Source: an uncultured Methanosarcinales archaeon (GTDB lineage: Archaea; Nanobdellota; Nanobdellia; Woesearchaeales; GW2011-AR9). Taken from it: 64,000 nt of DNA. The notes under the pieces were generated by a model that did not search any database, was not told the origin of the DNA, and was given only the letters and a program-made list of their open reading frames with translations. The stretch spans positions 224,705 through 288,704 of the forward strand of contig CAYFJV010000001.1 of NCBI GenBank assembly GCA_964343575.1, written 5' to 3'. The position numbers and the translations under genes were made by a program. Below, in pieces: positions 1 to 8,981 of this stretch; positions within the stretch are counted from its first letter, which is position 1, and every line of letters begins with the position of its first letter.

Positions 1-597
1 AACATCGATTACATCTCCCCTTACTCTGAATTGTCCAGATTCTAATCCCTGGGTGTTACGCTTATACTGCATGTTGACAAGCGCCTCGATGAATTTTCTT
101 CTTCCAAATTTTTGTTTTGTTTTTATTTCAAGGGAGAGAGAGATGAAGTCGCTTGGGTTTCCTGCACCATAAATACAAGAGATGGAAGCTACGACAATAA
201 CATCATTTCGAGACAACAGTCCAGCTACTGCTTTAAGTCGCATTCTTTCAATTTCTTTGTTGACACTAGCATCTTTTTCAATGTAAGTATCAGTTGTTGG
301 GATGTAGGATTCTGGTTGATAATAATCATAATAAGAAATGAAATACTCTACTCTGTTTTCTGGGAAGAGCTCTTTGAATTCTTGGTAGAGCTGCGCTGCT
401 AAGGTTTTGTTATGTGCGAGAACTAAGGTTGGTTTTTGTACATTCTGGATGAGGTTTGCAACGGTGAAGGTTTTTCCACTTCCGGTGATTCCCAAGAGGG
501 TTTGGATAGCGTGTTTTTTGTATCCTTGGGTGAGTTTTTTGATAGCTTCTGGCTGGCCTCCTGCTGGCTTAAATTTCGAGTGAAGTTTGAATTTCAT
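1..597 (-). CDS. uvrB: Excinuclease ABC subunit B, N-terminal part (runs off window edge)
   Basis: Not in the ORF track. Manual translation from ATG 597 gives [22 protein letters not shown]...[12 protein letters not shown]...[11 protein letters not shown]...[11 protein letters not shown], which are UvrB signatures. Confidence 0.97.
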   Translation of the reverse strand, partial: MKFKLHSKFKPAGGQPEAIKKLTQGYKKHAIQTLLGITGSGKTFTVANLIQNVQKPTLVLAHNKTLAAQLYQEFKELFPENRVEYFISYYDYYQPESYIPTTDTYIEKDASVNKEIERMRLKAVAGLLSRNDVIVVASISCIYGAGNPSDFISLSLEIKTKQKFGRRKFIEALVNMQYKRNTQGLESGQFRVRGDVIDV

Positions 598-758
598 GGA
601 GAAGGTTTTGTATGGGTGGTGTTTTAAAAAATCTTTCTGAGAAGTGGCCAGTGGAGCTTTTAAATGGAGAAGGGGGCTTTGTTTAAAACTATCACGTCTT
701 TAAGATTTGCTTTGTTTTTTGGGGATTTTATTTAAAAAGGAGATGATTTTGAAATAAA

Positions 759-2066
759 ATGGTTGTAGAAGGCTTAGCGCTGCTTGATGAGAAGGAGATC
801 TCATATCTTAAGTTTCGTTGTATAAGAGAAGGTACTTGGGGCAGCTATGAAAAACTAGATTTTGGGCGTTTTAGAATTAATAGAAGTTTAGAAGCAAGTA
901 TTGGCATGGGTAGCGAAGTCCAAGTAAGTTGCACTCTTTCTCAGGCATCAGAGGGAGATCTCGAGGATCTTGTTGATGCTGTTGCCCTACATCTAGGGAA
1001 AGAATACGCTCGAATGCTAACTCCTACAAGAGTTGAAGCAGGTTATAGTGGAGGTCCACGAGGAGATGGTATGCACCTACGAGGAGACCCCTTATTTGAA
1101 GTTGTGAAGGGTGTTGTTGAAAGGGCGAAAGGAAGGCACAGGCAGAGAGGTACCAGCAGCAGCCTTGTTGACCAACTGGTTGATGTAGGGATCCCAGAGG
1201 AGGTGCTCGTTGGAAACGAGGGACTTTGGGAATTGCTTGCTAAAATTGATAGAAATACTTTGCCAAGCTACAACGCAACCTACTTTGTAAGAGACAAAAG
1301 AGGAGCGCAGTGGCTTTTGAAAGTCACAAGAGATCATGGAAAAGCAAAACTTGCTGCAGGTGCAAACTATCATCTTGCGCAAGAAGGTTTAGATTTTATT
1401 GTTCCGGGAATGACTCCAGAAGCGCTTGTTGGAAATGGGTATTCTCTTCTTCTTCAAAAAAGGGTGATGGACACAAGGACAAGATCACTTGACTATTGGC
1501 TACGTACACTTGGAAAATTTCACGCGAGCGCTGGAGAAGTCTTGGAAAGAAATGGAGTTGTGGTGCCAAGAGTTATGCCCGTGCGTGATGCAGGATTAAT
1601 AGTTGATCAATGGAGAAGAACTAGAGCTGTGCATGGGCAGAGCTTTGATCTTGGAAAAATTTATGCCAGCGTTGATTATCTTCGTGATGTTAGAGGAAGA
1701 GAAAGAGGAAATACTCTTGTTATTCACAGAGATCTCAAAGCAGATAATCTTCTTGGAGCACATATGATTGATTTAGACAACATGTCTTACGGAGATCCTT
1801 GTGTTGACCTTGCTTTACTTTTCTTCAATTATGGGGTTCCTGAAAATGGTTGGGCAAGAGGTGTTCAACTTTATCTTGATGGGAAAGGATTTGTTGGTGA
1901 TCGTCTTGCTGAAACTAGAGCTCTCGTTTTTGGCGTTAAGATGGCAGCACCTTATGTCATTGCTAAAGAGATTGCAGGCTCTTCTGCTCGAAGAATGACT
2001 GAGGAAGGGGCAAGAAGAAATGCTCGTTACGGTAGGCAGCTAGGAGAATTAGAACTTGCTGCTTAA
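759..2066 (+). CDS. APH/choline-kinase-like phosphotransferase with unknown N-terminal region
   Basis: WLLK, VIHRDLKADN, IDLD and GDPCVDLA motifs in the C-terminal half. Confidence 0.75.
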   Translation: MVVEGLALLDEKEISYLKFRCIREGTWGSYEKLDFGRFRINRSLEASIGMGSEVQVSCTLSQASEGDLEDLVDAVALHLGKEYARMLTPTRVEAGYSGGPRGDGMHLRGDPLFEVVKGVVERAKGRHRQRGTSSSLVDQLVDVGIPEEVLVGNEGLWELLAKIDRNTLPSYNATYFVRDKRGAQWLLKVTRDHGKAKLAAGANYHLAQEGLDFIVPGMTPEALVGNGYSLLLQKRVMDTRTRSLDYWLRTLGKFHASAGEVLERNGVVVPRVMPVRDAGLIVDQWRRTRAVHGQSFDLGKIYASVDYLRDVRGRERGNTLVIHRDLKADNLLGAHMIDLDNMSYGDPCVDLALLFFNYGVPENGWARGVQLYLDGKGFVGDRLAETRALVFGVKMAAPYVIAKEIAGSSARRMTEEGARRNARYGRQLGELELAA

Positions 2067-2933
2067 GCTCATTATTCTCGAATTAAGGTGTAAAAATCTT
2101 TGCATGACATGGTAGTAATGGATAGAAGAAGGATTTTTAGAGAGTTTTTTTATTTGAGTGGGGGAAAATTCTTCTCTCATCTCTTGACGATGCTTGTTCC
2201 AAAGCTGACTTGCTTTTGAAAAATCTTTTTTGAGAAAAGAGTTATAGGTTTCCTCAAAGCGTGCTTCTAGTTTTGGAAGAAAACTGTTCTTTTGTTTTTC
2301 ACTATTGTTTTGCTGAGCTAACTTGAAGAAATCTGCAGAGAGCTTTTCTAACTGTGTGACTAAGTCATAGTAATCATAAGAGTGTTCTTTACCATACTTT
2401 GTGATGTGTATTGCCCTAAGACAATGATCTCTTATTTTTTTTCCGTTGTTGAAGATAAGTTGAAGATCTTTGAGATTTGTTTTTTTTTCTTTGCTCTCAG
2501 TTATGATTACTTGGATGACCTGAAAGAGTTTGATTATGAGGTTTTCAATCTCCTTTTCATCACTTTGCAGAAAGCAACGGATTCTTATGGTATGTTTTCC
2601 TTGATTCACGATCTCTAAGCCAGTGAAAGAGTTTACCACTTCCATTACCGTTTGTAAAGCGTAGCCTTTTTTGAAGGTAAGTTGGATATCGTTATAGCCT
2701 GCCTTGTAGCTTGAAGAGATAATACTTCTTAATTGTGATTTGCTAACTTTCTTTTCGAAAGTTATCTTTTTCCCTTTTTTATGGTTGCTTTCTCTTGCTT
2801 TGATTTGCAAGGTGTTGTCTTGTTCTTCAATAAAAACGTCATCTCCTACTTTGAGGTTGTGCGTCCTCACCCATTTGATAGGGAGAAAGATGGTGTTTCC
2901 TCCGAGGCCCTGTTTGATGATTTTTCTGCGCAT
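2049..2933 (-). CDS. AbrB/SpoVT-domain plus PhoU-like helical transcription regulator
   Basis: N-terminal RKIIKQG...TIFLPIKWVRTHNLKVGDDV (AbrB-like), SYKAGY motif and helical C-terminus, as in archaeal phosphate-uptake-regulator-type proteins. Confidence 0.8.
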   Translation of the reverse strand: MRRKIIKQGLGGNTIFLPIKWVRTHNLKVGDDVFIEEQDNTLQIKARESNHKKGKKITFEKKVSKSQLRSIISSSYKAGYNDIQLTFKKGYALQTVMEVVNSFTGLEIVNQGKHTIRIRCFLQSDEKEIENLIIKLFQVIQVIITESKEKKTNLKDLQLIFNNGKKIRDHCLRAIHITKYGKEHSYDYYDLVTQLEKLSADFFKLAQQNNSEKQKNSFLPKLEARFEETYNSFLKKDFSKASQLWNKHRQEMREEFSPTQIKKLSKNPSSIHYYHVMQRFLHLNSRIMSLSSKF

Positions 2934-2973
2934 GACCGTTTGTTTTTCTCATTTCTTTAAAAATACTTCTAAG

Positions 2974-3013
2974 ATTAATATTAATAATATCAATCACTCA
3001 TTTAATTTTTCTA
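2974..3013 (+). repeat. Intergenic direct repeat, copy 1
   Basis: ATTAATATTAATAATATCAATCA is an exact 23-mer shared with 4420-4442; 36/40 identity over the extended unit. Confidence 0.85.
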
Positions 3014-3092
3014 GACGGCTTCTCCAAAAAGAAATTTTTCTTCCAAGAAGAAATCAGAGATGTAAAACAGAAATAAGTATTAAGGTAAGAAA

Positions 3093-4349
3093 ATGAATGA
3101 TAATTATAAAAGAATAAGAGAAGAGCTTATTGCTTCTCTCCCAAACTATGAAAATCCTGGTCCTGATTTCGCTCAGACCATCTATCTTTGGCCAACAGCG
3201 GTTTGTCCAATTGGTTGCGACCATTGTAATTTTGCATCACCTGCAGTTTCTAAAGATCCAACAAGAAACCTTGTTGCCAAAAATCCAGAACGGGTATTGA
3301 GGTTTGTCAGTCAGACAGGGTGTCAAAAGCTTTTTATAGCAGGTGGAGGAGAACCCATGGTTGAGGCAGGTTATGTTTATGACCTTATCAAACGGGTAGA
3401 GACTTCTAGTCTTAAAGAAATTGAGTTGATCACAAGCGCCTTCTTTGGAAAAAGCATAAAGAAATGTGAGGAGGTCCTTGACTCTTTACTAAAAGCAATC
3501 CAAGATAGGGGAGACGACGTTACTCTTACTTTGCGTCTAAGTGTTGATCTCTTTCATCGAGAAAAGATTAGTTTGCTGCCTATAACACACTTATTGGAAC
3601 TCATCCAGCTTCCAAAATATTCTCAAATAAGAGTGTACATCCGCTCAGTCTTACTTGAAAATGATCTCACCATTAAAGATCTTGCTACATCTCTTGGTGC
3701 CTCCTTAGTTAAAGTCGATGATTACCTTGAAAAGATGGAGCTTCCAAACGGAAGGGAAGTGATTGTTTATTATAAAAATCTTATCATCGATGGACGTATG
3801 GAATGGGAAAAGGTTGAAAAGTTGGAGTATAAGCCAGGAGAGAAAAACAAGGCAAGTGTGTTTAAATCCCGTTTCTTAAACAAAGATGGAAAACATATCC
3901 CTGCAAGGACATATAATGGTCCTGTCGTTGAATTTCTTGATGGAGTTGCACTTTCCCTTGAACATGACTGCACAGTTAAAATTTTAGAAGGGACCTCTCC
4001 AGATAGAATACTCTCTCTTCTAGACTATGATTTTAAGGAGTGCATGGAGTACATGTACAAAGATCCACTCACCATCTTCCTGATTGAAGAAGGCCCTCAA
4101 AGACTTGCAGAATTAGTTTCTGAGTTTGATCCAAAAGCAGTGGAAATAACAGATAATACAAATCAGCTCTATTACATTGCCGATAGAATTCTCTCTACTC
4201 CTCTCAAGAGGCTAGTTACGACACTTAAAGTTTTAGAATACCACTTGACCACAGGGAGAATAAGCATCAAAGATAAAACAGAAATCAACAAACTCATCAA
4301 AAAATATCTCTCAAAAGAACAAGTTGTAGAACTTAAGCTTGTTTCTTAA
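3093..4349 (+). CDS. Radical SAM protein of unknown function
   Basis: CPIGCDHC (CX3CX2C), GGGEP and LSVDLFH motifs; no SPASM cysteines seen. Confidence 0.85.
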   Translation: MNDNYKRIREELIASLPNYENPGPDFAQTIYLWPTAVCPIGCDHCNFASPAVSKDPTRNLVAKNPERVLRFVSQTGCQKLFIAGGGEPMVEAGYVYDLIKRVETSSLKEIELITSAFFGKSIKKCEEVLDSLLKAIQDRGDDVTLTLRLSVDLFHREKISLLPITHLLELIQLPKYSQIRVYIRSVLLENDLTIKDLATSLGASLVKVDDYLEKMELPNGREVIVYYKNLIIDGRMEWEKVEKLEYKPGEKNKASVFKSRFLNKDGKHIPARTYNGPVVEFLDGVALSLEHDCTVKILEGTSPDRILSLLDYDFKECMEYMYKDPLTIFLIEEGPQRLAELVSEFDPKAVEITDNTNQLYYIADRILSTPLKRLVTTLKVLEYHLTTGRISIKDKTEINKLIKKYLSKEQVVELKLVS

Positions 4350-4419
4350 CCTTTACTTTTTTCTTTTTTGCGCGTAATCCATAATTTCTTTATTTTGGTA
4401 AGTTTAGAAAACTTTCTTT

Positions 4420-4459
4420 ATTAATATTAATAATATCAATCATCCATTTAAGATTTCTA
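4420..4459 (+). repeat. Intergenic direct repeat, copy 2
   Basis: Matches 2974-3013. Confidence 0.85.
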
Positions 4460-4505
4460 CCTAGCTGATCTTGTTAGGGGATTGTAAGGGTGTTGTTTTT
4501 GCAAA

Positions 4506-5438
4506 ATGAGACAACTAACTGGGAACTTAGAAAGAAAACCAAGCCTTGCTGTTGGTGATATTGTTTACATCACTGATGAAGAGGATTCCGATCATGGAAA
4601 ACTCTTCCTTTGTAATGTATTTCACGAAAGACCAAGAGAAGCTTGTCCCGCCTATGGTTTTCTTGAAGTTACTGGAGAAGGAAGTTCTGAGAAGTACAGG
4701 GCAGGAGTTAGGGAGATTGTTGTAGCTGAAGATGATCTTGCAGAACATGTAAAACCTATAAGTTTTCTTTCTACTTACCATCATGGGGGAGAAAGAATTT
4801 CCTATGAGAGAGCCCTTCACATGCTTGATCGTTTGGATGCGCATAAAAGATGGATAATTGAAGCACATGAACTCGGGGTTGATGCGCATTACAGAGGAAG
4901 AGAGATGGGCAACAGTGATCTGCATCTTTCTGAGCACTTTAATGGTTTTGAAGGATCTAAAAGAGCAGAGGGAACCATTCCTATATCTCAACTTGGTTCA
5001 AGTTGTACTTTACGCTATTTTCTTCGTGATGAAAGGTTTATGCGCACGAAGAGAGATAGAGAGCTTCCTGTTTCAATTGAAGCGCGAGGTCTAGCTCCAC
5101 ACCATTATCTTGGTATTGATCTGGAAGTTGAACTTCGTGGAGGGGAAGTACTTGGAACGGAGCATGTTAGAAGGATAAAAAGAGCTTATGAAGCTGTTGG
5201 TTTAGCCATTAGTGTTAATCTTTGTGCTCGGGCAAGTATTCTTCATGACCTTTCATTTCCTCACCCACGAAGTAGAAATGGGGTGAGTGTTAGATTAGCA
5301 AAAGAGGGCGATAATTTTGTTTCTCACAGGACTCTTGGTGATGCACAAAGGACACTCCTTGAAAGGCTAAAAAGGGTTGAGTTAAAGAAGGTAAAAATTA
5401 CAAGCGTTACTTTAGAAGAAATTCGAAGGGATTGGTGA
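4506..5438 (+). CDS. Hypothetical protein (ORFan-like)
   Basis: 310-aa ORF, first of three overlapping + strand ORFs; no family recognised. Confidence 0.7.
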   Translation: MRQLTGNLERKPSLAVGDIVYITDEEDSDHGKLFLCNVFHERPREACPAYGFLEVTGEGSSEKYRAGVREIVVAEDDLAEHVKPISFLSTYHHGGERISYERALHMLDRLDAHKRWIIEAHELGVDAHYRGREMGNSDLHLSEHFNGFEGSKRAEGTIPISQLGSSCTLRYFLRDERFMRTKRDRELPVSIEARGLAPHHYLGIDLEVELRGGEVLGTEHVRRIKRAYEAVGLAISVNLCARASILHDLSFPHPRSRNGVSVRLAKEGDNFVSHRTLGDAQRTLLERLKRVELKKVKITSVTLEEIRRDW

Positions 5439-7213
5439 TAGGAGTGGGAGATATCATCCGCCATTCTTTCACTGGAACACTGCGAAGTCTTGCTTGTGAG
5501 ACATCCAGTGAAGAGTTTTCAAAACTTTTTCCAAGAAGAATTGGGGAAAGACCAGAGCAAACAATAGAAGGACTCGTTGAAACTCTTGCAGAAAGAGAAG
5601 ATCCTTCTCTACTGATTGAGATGTTTGCTCATTTTTCTAGAGAAGGAGGAAAAGGAAGATTTGAATTTGATCTTTGGCCTCGCTTGTTTAGAGATTTTGA
5701 CCTTCAAAGAGAAACCTGCGCTGCAATTAGGGCTTGCGAAGGAGATAGAAAAAGAGAGAAAATTCTTTTCAGAGAAGTGCTAAGAATGCTTTACTCTGAG
5801 CGAAGAATGTTCAACTACAAACAAGATAATGACGAACCCCATGGGTATCGCTTAGGACCAAAATCAGAATGGACCCAAGGAGGAGTTTGGGCAGATGCAA
5901 GACATAGCCCTCCAAGTGAGAGAGCAGCTCATCTTATGCGCACAGTCAAATTCTTTCAAAGTAATGAAGCGCAAAAGCTCATGTCTACTTATGATTCAGG
6001 AAGATCACTTGATGCGGTTGTTGCTTGCGCTGTTGAATGGGGAGGAAGTATCTCTCAGAATCATCAAGAGAGGAATATTCCTGTAACTGTTGCGCAAGCA
6101 TTAGGGGGAGAAGCAGTTGTCTCTCTTCTCACCAGACTTAGCTCAGAGGGAAAAGATCCAACCAATCCCGCCTTTTACTTAGGAGAAGTGGCGGCTCGTT
6201 TTGGTGATGAAAGAAGAAGAGAAGCAGTAGAGTACAGTGCTGAACTTGCTCAAGCTTATCTTGAGGTTGATAAAGAAAGGAAGCGGAAGGGATATCAAGG
6301 ATCTGCCATGGACCTTCTCTTGTTTTATCTTGCAACCGCAGTTGTTCCAATAGGTAACCCTTACAGTGATGCCTATGATGCTGAATACGCGGCTGCACAC
6401 CCAAGTGCAAGACAACTTCACTTTGGAGCAAGACCTTCTGGACAAAGAGATATTGTTCCTGCACAGCAGAGGATTGAAGAAGGGTATTTTAGAAACCTTC
6501 TTTCTCTTCGAGGAGAAGTTGTTCATCTGAGTGCTTTGCACATGCCAGATCCTGCATCTTTAGAGACACTTGTAGTAGGAGTAGTTAACCTTAGTGGCCC
6601 ACTTGGAGCAAATCCTCAAGAAACGAGAAACTTTGCAAAGTTATTAGTACATTATGGAAATAGTCCTTGTGTAGATGTTGTTTCTGAACTTATCTGTGAG
6701 GAAGCAAGAGCACGTTGGAGCGAGAAGGAAGCCATTGCTGAGATCTATGAATTTCTTGGACATCCCGATGTTATGAGGGTTGCTCACCTTGATGATCCTG
6801 CTGTCGTAGATACAATGTTGACGGATAGACTTGCTCAAGATCCGCGAACTGCGATGGGATATTCTGGTATGAAAGAAGAGATTGAAAGAGACAGAAGAAG
6901 GAAAGAACATGCACTGAGAGGAAGAATTCTTTGCGAGACCTTTCCAGGTCAGGCTAGAAGATATATGGAGATGCGAAAAGATGAACTCTTAAGAGTTTTC
7001 TCACAAGAAATTTATGGAGATGCCCTTGCAAGATACGAAGAGGAGAGAGGCTTGTTACTTGAAGAAGAGAGAGCAATGCTCTTCGATGCCAAAAGAAGTA
7101 GGCTACTTCATGCACTTGGTATGAAGGTGTGTAGAGATCCAGATAATCTTAGAAGTTATATTACTAGAACTAGAGATCTTTTAGAAAGAAGTGGAGGGAC
7201 TTCTTATGGTTAG
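5432..7213 (+). CDS. Hypothetical protein, R/E-rich and helical
   Basis: 593-aa ORF overlapping both neighbours; no family recognised. Confidence 0.75.
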   Translation: MVIGVGDIIRHSFTGTLRSLACETSSEEFSKLFPRRIGERPEQTIEGLVETLAEREDPSLLIEMFAHFSREGGKGRFEFDLWPRLFRDFDLQRETCAAIRACEGDRKREKILFREVLRMLYSERRMFNYKQDNDEPHGYRLGPKSEWTQGGVWADARHSPPSERAAHLMRTVKFFQSNEAQKLMSTYDSGRSLDAVVACAVEWGGSISQNHQERNIPVTVAQALGGEAVVSLLTRLSSEGKDPTNPAFYLGEVAARFGDERRREAVEYSAELAQAYLEVDKERKRKGYQGSAMDLLLFYLATAVVPIGNPYSDAYDAEYAAAHPSARQLHFGARPSGQRDIVPAQQRIEEGYFRNLLSLRGEVVHLSALHMPDPASLETLVVGVVNLSGPLGANPQETRNFAKLLVHYGNSPCVDVVSELICEEARARWSEKEAIAEIYEFLGHPDVMRVAHLDDPAVVDTMLTDRLAQDPRTAMGYSGMKEEIERDRRRKEHALRGRILCETFPGQARRYMEMRKDELLRVFSQEIYGDALARYEEERGLLLEEERAMLFDAKRSRLLHALGMKVCRDPDNLRSYITRTRDLLERSGGTSYG

Positions 7214-8237
7214 TAAAGATGAGTTTGATCAAAGTGCCCAGGCATGGTTAGCTCTTATGGAAACAGATGAAAGAGAAGTTTCTTCTACTGCTCTTGTTCA
7301 AAGTTCGGGGGGGTCTGGAGTTATTGTTCCTCCAGAGAGAGGTTTAGTTACAACAAGTGAAGCTTTTGCCCTTTCTAGGCGAGAAGCTTACGGGGGAGTT
7401 GTTCGCCATTCGAGAGTTCCTTCCTTAAACGATCTGTACAAGCAAGTAACTGCAGATCCTAGAGAAAGAACGAAGAGAAGAAGAGAAGAACTTATTCGTT
7501 TGGCAAGAGAAACTTACGAATTGCAGAAGGTTGATGTTGGGATTGTTAGGGGAGAGTTTGAACAGTTTGAGGGAATTATTGAACGCTTAGCCAAAGAAAA
7601 ATTTGGATGGCATAGGATAGGCTATAGGATTACAAAAGAAATTCCTCGCAGTTATGGAGCTAATCCCTGGTGTTTCTGTTGTGAGATTGGCTTTAATAAT
7701 TCTCATATCTCTTCAGGACGAGGCCACTCAAGTGGAGGAGGACCACATATTACTCATCGTTTTAGCATTAGCCTTGGCGGAGAGTATAAAGTTGATTCTG
7801 AAGAGGGTGGAGATCCTGAGATGAAGGGCCAAGTTTTTTACGACTCTCTCTTAGAAGAACCTAAGACAGAAGAATACAAAGGAGAACGTCTTGGTATCTC
7901 CGAACTTGAGAAAGAATTAAAGAAACAAAAAAGGAGAAGAGGGTACTTGCTAAAGGCTCCCTTAATTTTTAGAATGGAGAGTCCAAAGTATAGAGATGGG
8001 GATGGAAATTTAAGAGATGCTAATTGGGAAAGTGTTGAAGAAGATGGTTTTGTTTACATTATGAACTTGAGAGAACATGGTGCAAGTGTTGCACACTGCG
8101 CCCTTGCACTTTTTCATTATCTAGATGGAGTTATTGCAGAGCAAGAAAGCCCAAAAACTGAAGAGCTGGCAAGAATGCTTCCTCAATATGAGCGAAGAGT
8201 AATTACTGCAAGAAGTACCGGACTTATAAGAAGGTAA
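7206..8237 (+). CDS. Hypothetical protein
   Basis: Long ORF; ATG 7206 is preceded by GGAGGG and overlaps the upstream stop. Confidence 0.7.
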   Translation: MVSKDEFDQSAQAWLALMETDEREVSSTALVQSSGGSGVIVPPERGLVTTSEAFALSRREAYGGVVRHSRVPSLNDLYKQVTADPRERTKRRREELIRLARETYELQKVDVGIVRGEFEQFEGIIERLAKEKFGWHRIGYRITKEIPRSYGANPWCFCCEIGFNNSHISSGRGHSSGGGPHITHRFSISLGGEYKVDSEEGGDPEMKGQVFYDSLLEEPKTEEYKGERLGISELEKELKKQKRRRGYLLKAPLIFRMESPKYRDGDGNLRDANWESVEEDGFVYIMNLREHGASVAHCALALFHYLDGVIAEQESPKTEELARMLPQYERRVITARSTGLIRR

Positions 8238-8255
8238 GTTACAAATACTAGGAGA

Positions 8256-8918
8256 TCAGTTGTTAACAACAAAATCTTTATCTTCTCCCCAAACTTCTTC
8301 ACGATACTGATCTCTCCCAGAATTTCCCCGGTAGTAGTTATAGCGCAGAGGATTTTTTGTATGGTAATCTTGATGATACTCTTCAGCCAAGTAAAATGGG
8401 CCCGCAGGAAGAATTTCAGTGACAATCGGAGCGCTGTATTTTTGTGATTTCTCTAAATTTGCTTTTGATTGCTCAGCAAGTTCTTTTTGCTCATCATTAT
8501 GATAATAAATTGCCGAAGTATATTGTTGTCCTTTGTCCACAAAAGATCCTTCTGCATCAGTCGGATCAATTTGTCTCCAAAAGATTTCTAGAAGATCATT
8601 GTAACTGATCATCGTTGGATCAAAATAGATCTGCACTGCTTCTCTATGTCCTGTCTCTCCGGAAGCTACCTCTTTGTAAGCAGGATTTACTTCTTCTCCA
8701 CCAGTATAACCGGAGAACACTTCTTGCACTCCATCGTAAGCTTCAAAGGCTGATTCAACACACCAAAAACATCCTCCTGCAAAGGTTGCAATTTGTAGGT
8801 TAGGGTTATCGAGTACAGAAAAATCTTTGTCTTCATTACCCCTTTTTGTAGTGATGTCACAGGAAGTTACTGCAAGTGTGAGAAGTGCAAGGATGATTAG
8901 AGAGAGCATTCTTTTCAT
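8256..8918 (-). CDS. msrA: Peptide-methionine (S)-S-oxide reductase, lipoprotein-type
   Basis: FAGGCFWC, GYTGG and AEEYHQDY motifs; N-terminal signal ending LAVTSC. Confidence 0.95.
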   Translation of the reverse strand: MKRMLSLIILALLTLAVTSCDITTKRGNEDKDFSVLDNPNLQIATFAGGCFWCVESAFEAYDGVQEVFSGYTGGEEVNPAYKEVASGETGHREAVQIYFDPTMISYNDLLEIFWRQIDPTDAEGSFVDKGQQYTSAIYYHNDEQKELAEQSKANLEKSQKYSAPIVTEILPAGPFYLAEEYHQDYHTKNPLRYNYYRGNSGRDQYREEVWGEDKDFVVNN

Positions 8919-8981
8919 GTCCTCTTTGGTGGCAAATGAGTATTTAACTTTTTCTTTGAATTTTGTGGGTAATGAAGGAGT

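Noticed and set aside
112..627. Plus-strand ORFs 112-402 and 436-627, and similar short antisense ORFs throughout the track
   Set aside because: They are shadows of well-supported genes on the opposite strand (here uvrB).
759..8237. Prophage or integrative element inside the uvr cluster
   Set aside because: No integrase, replication or virion genes, and no att-like repeats at the outer boundaries.
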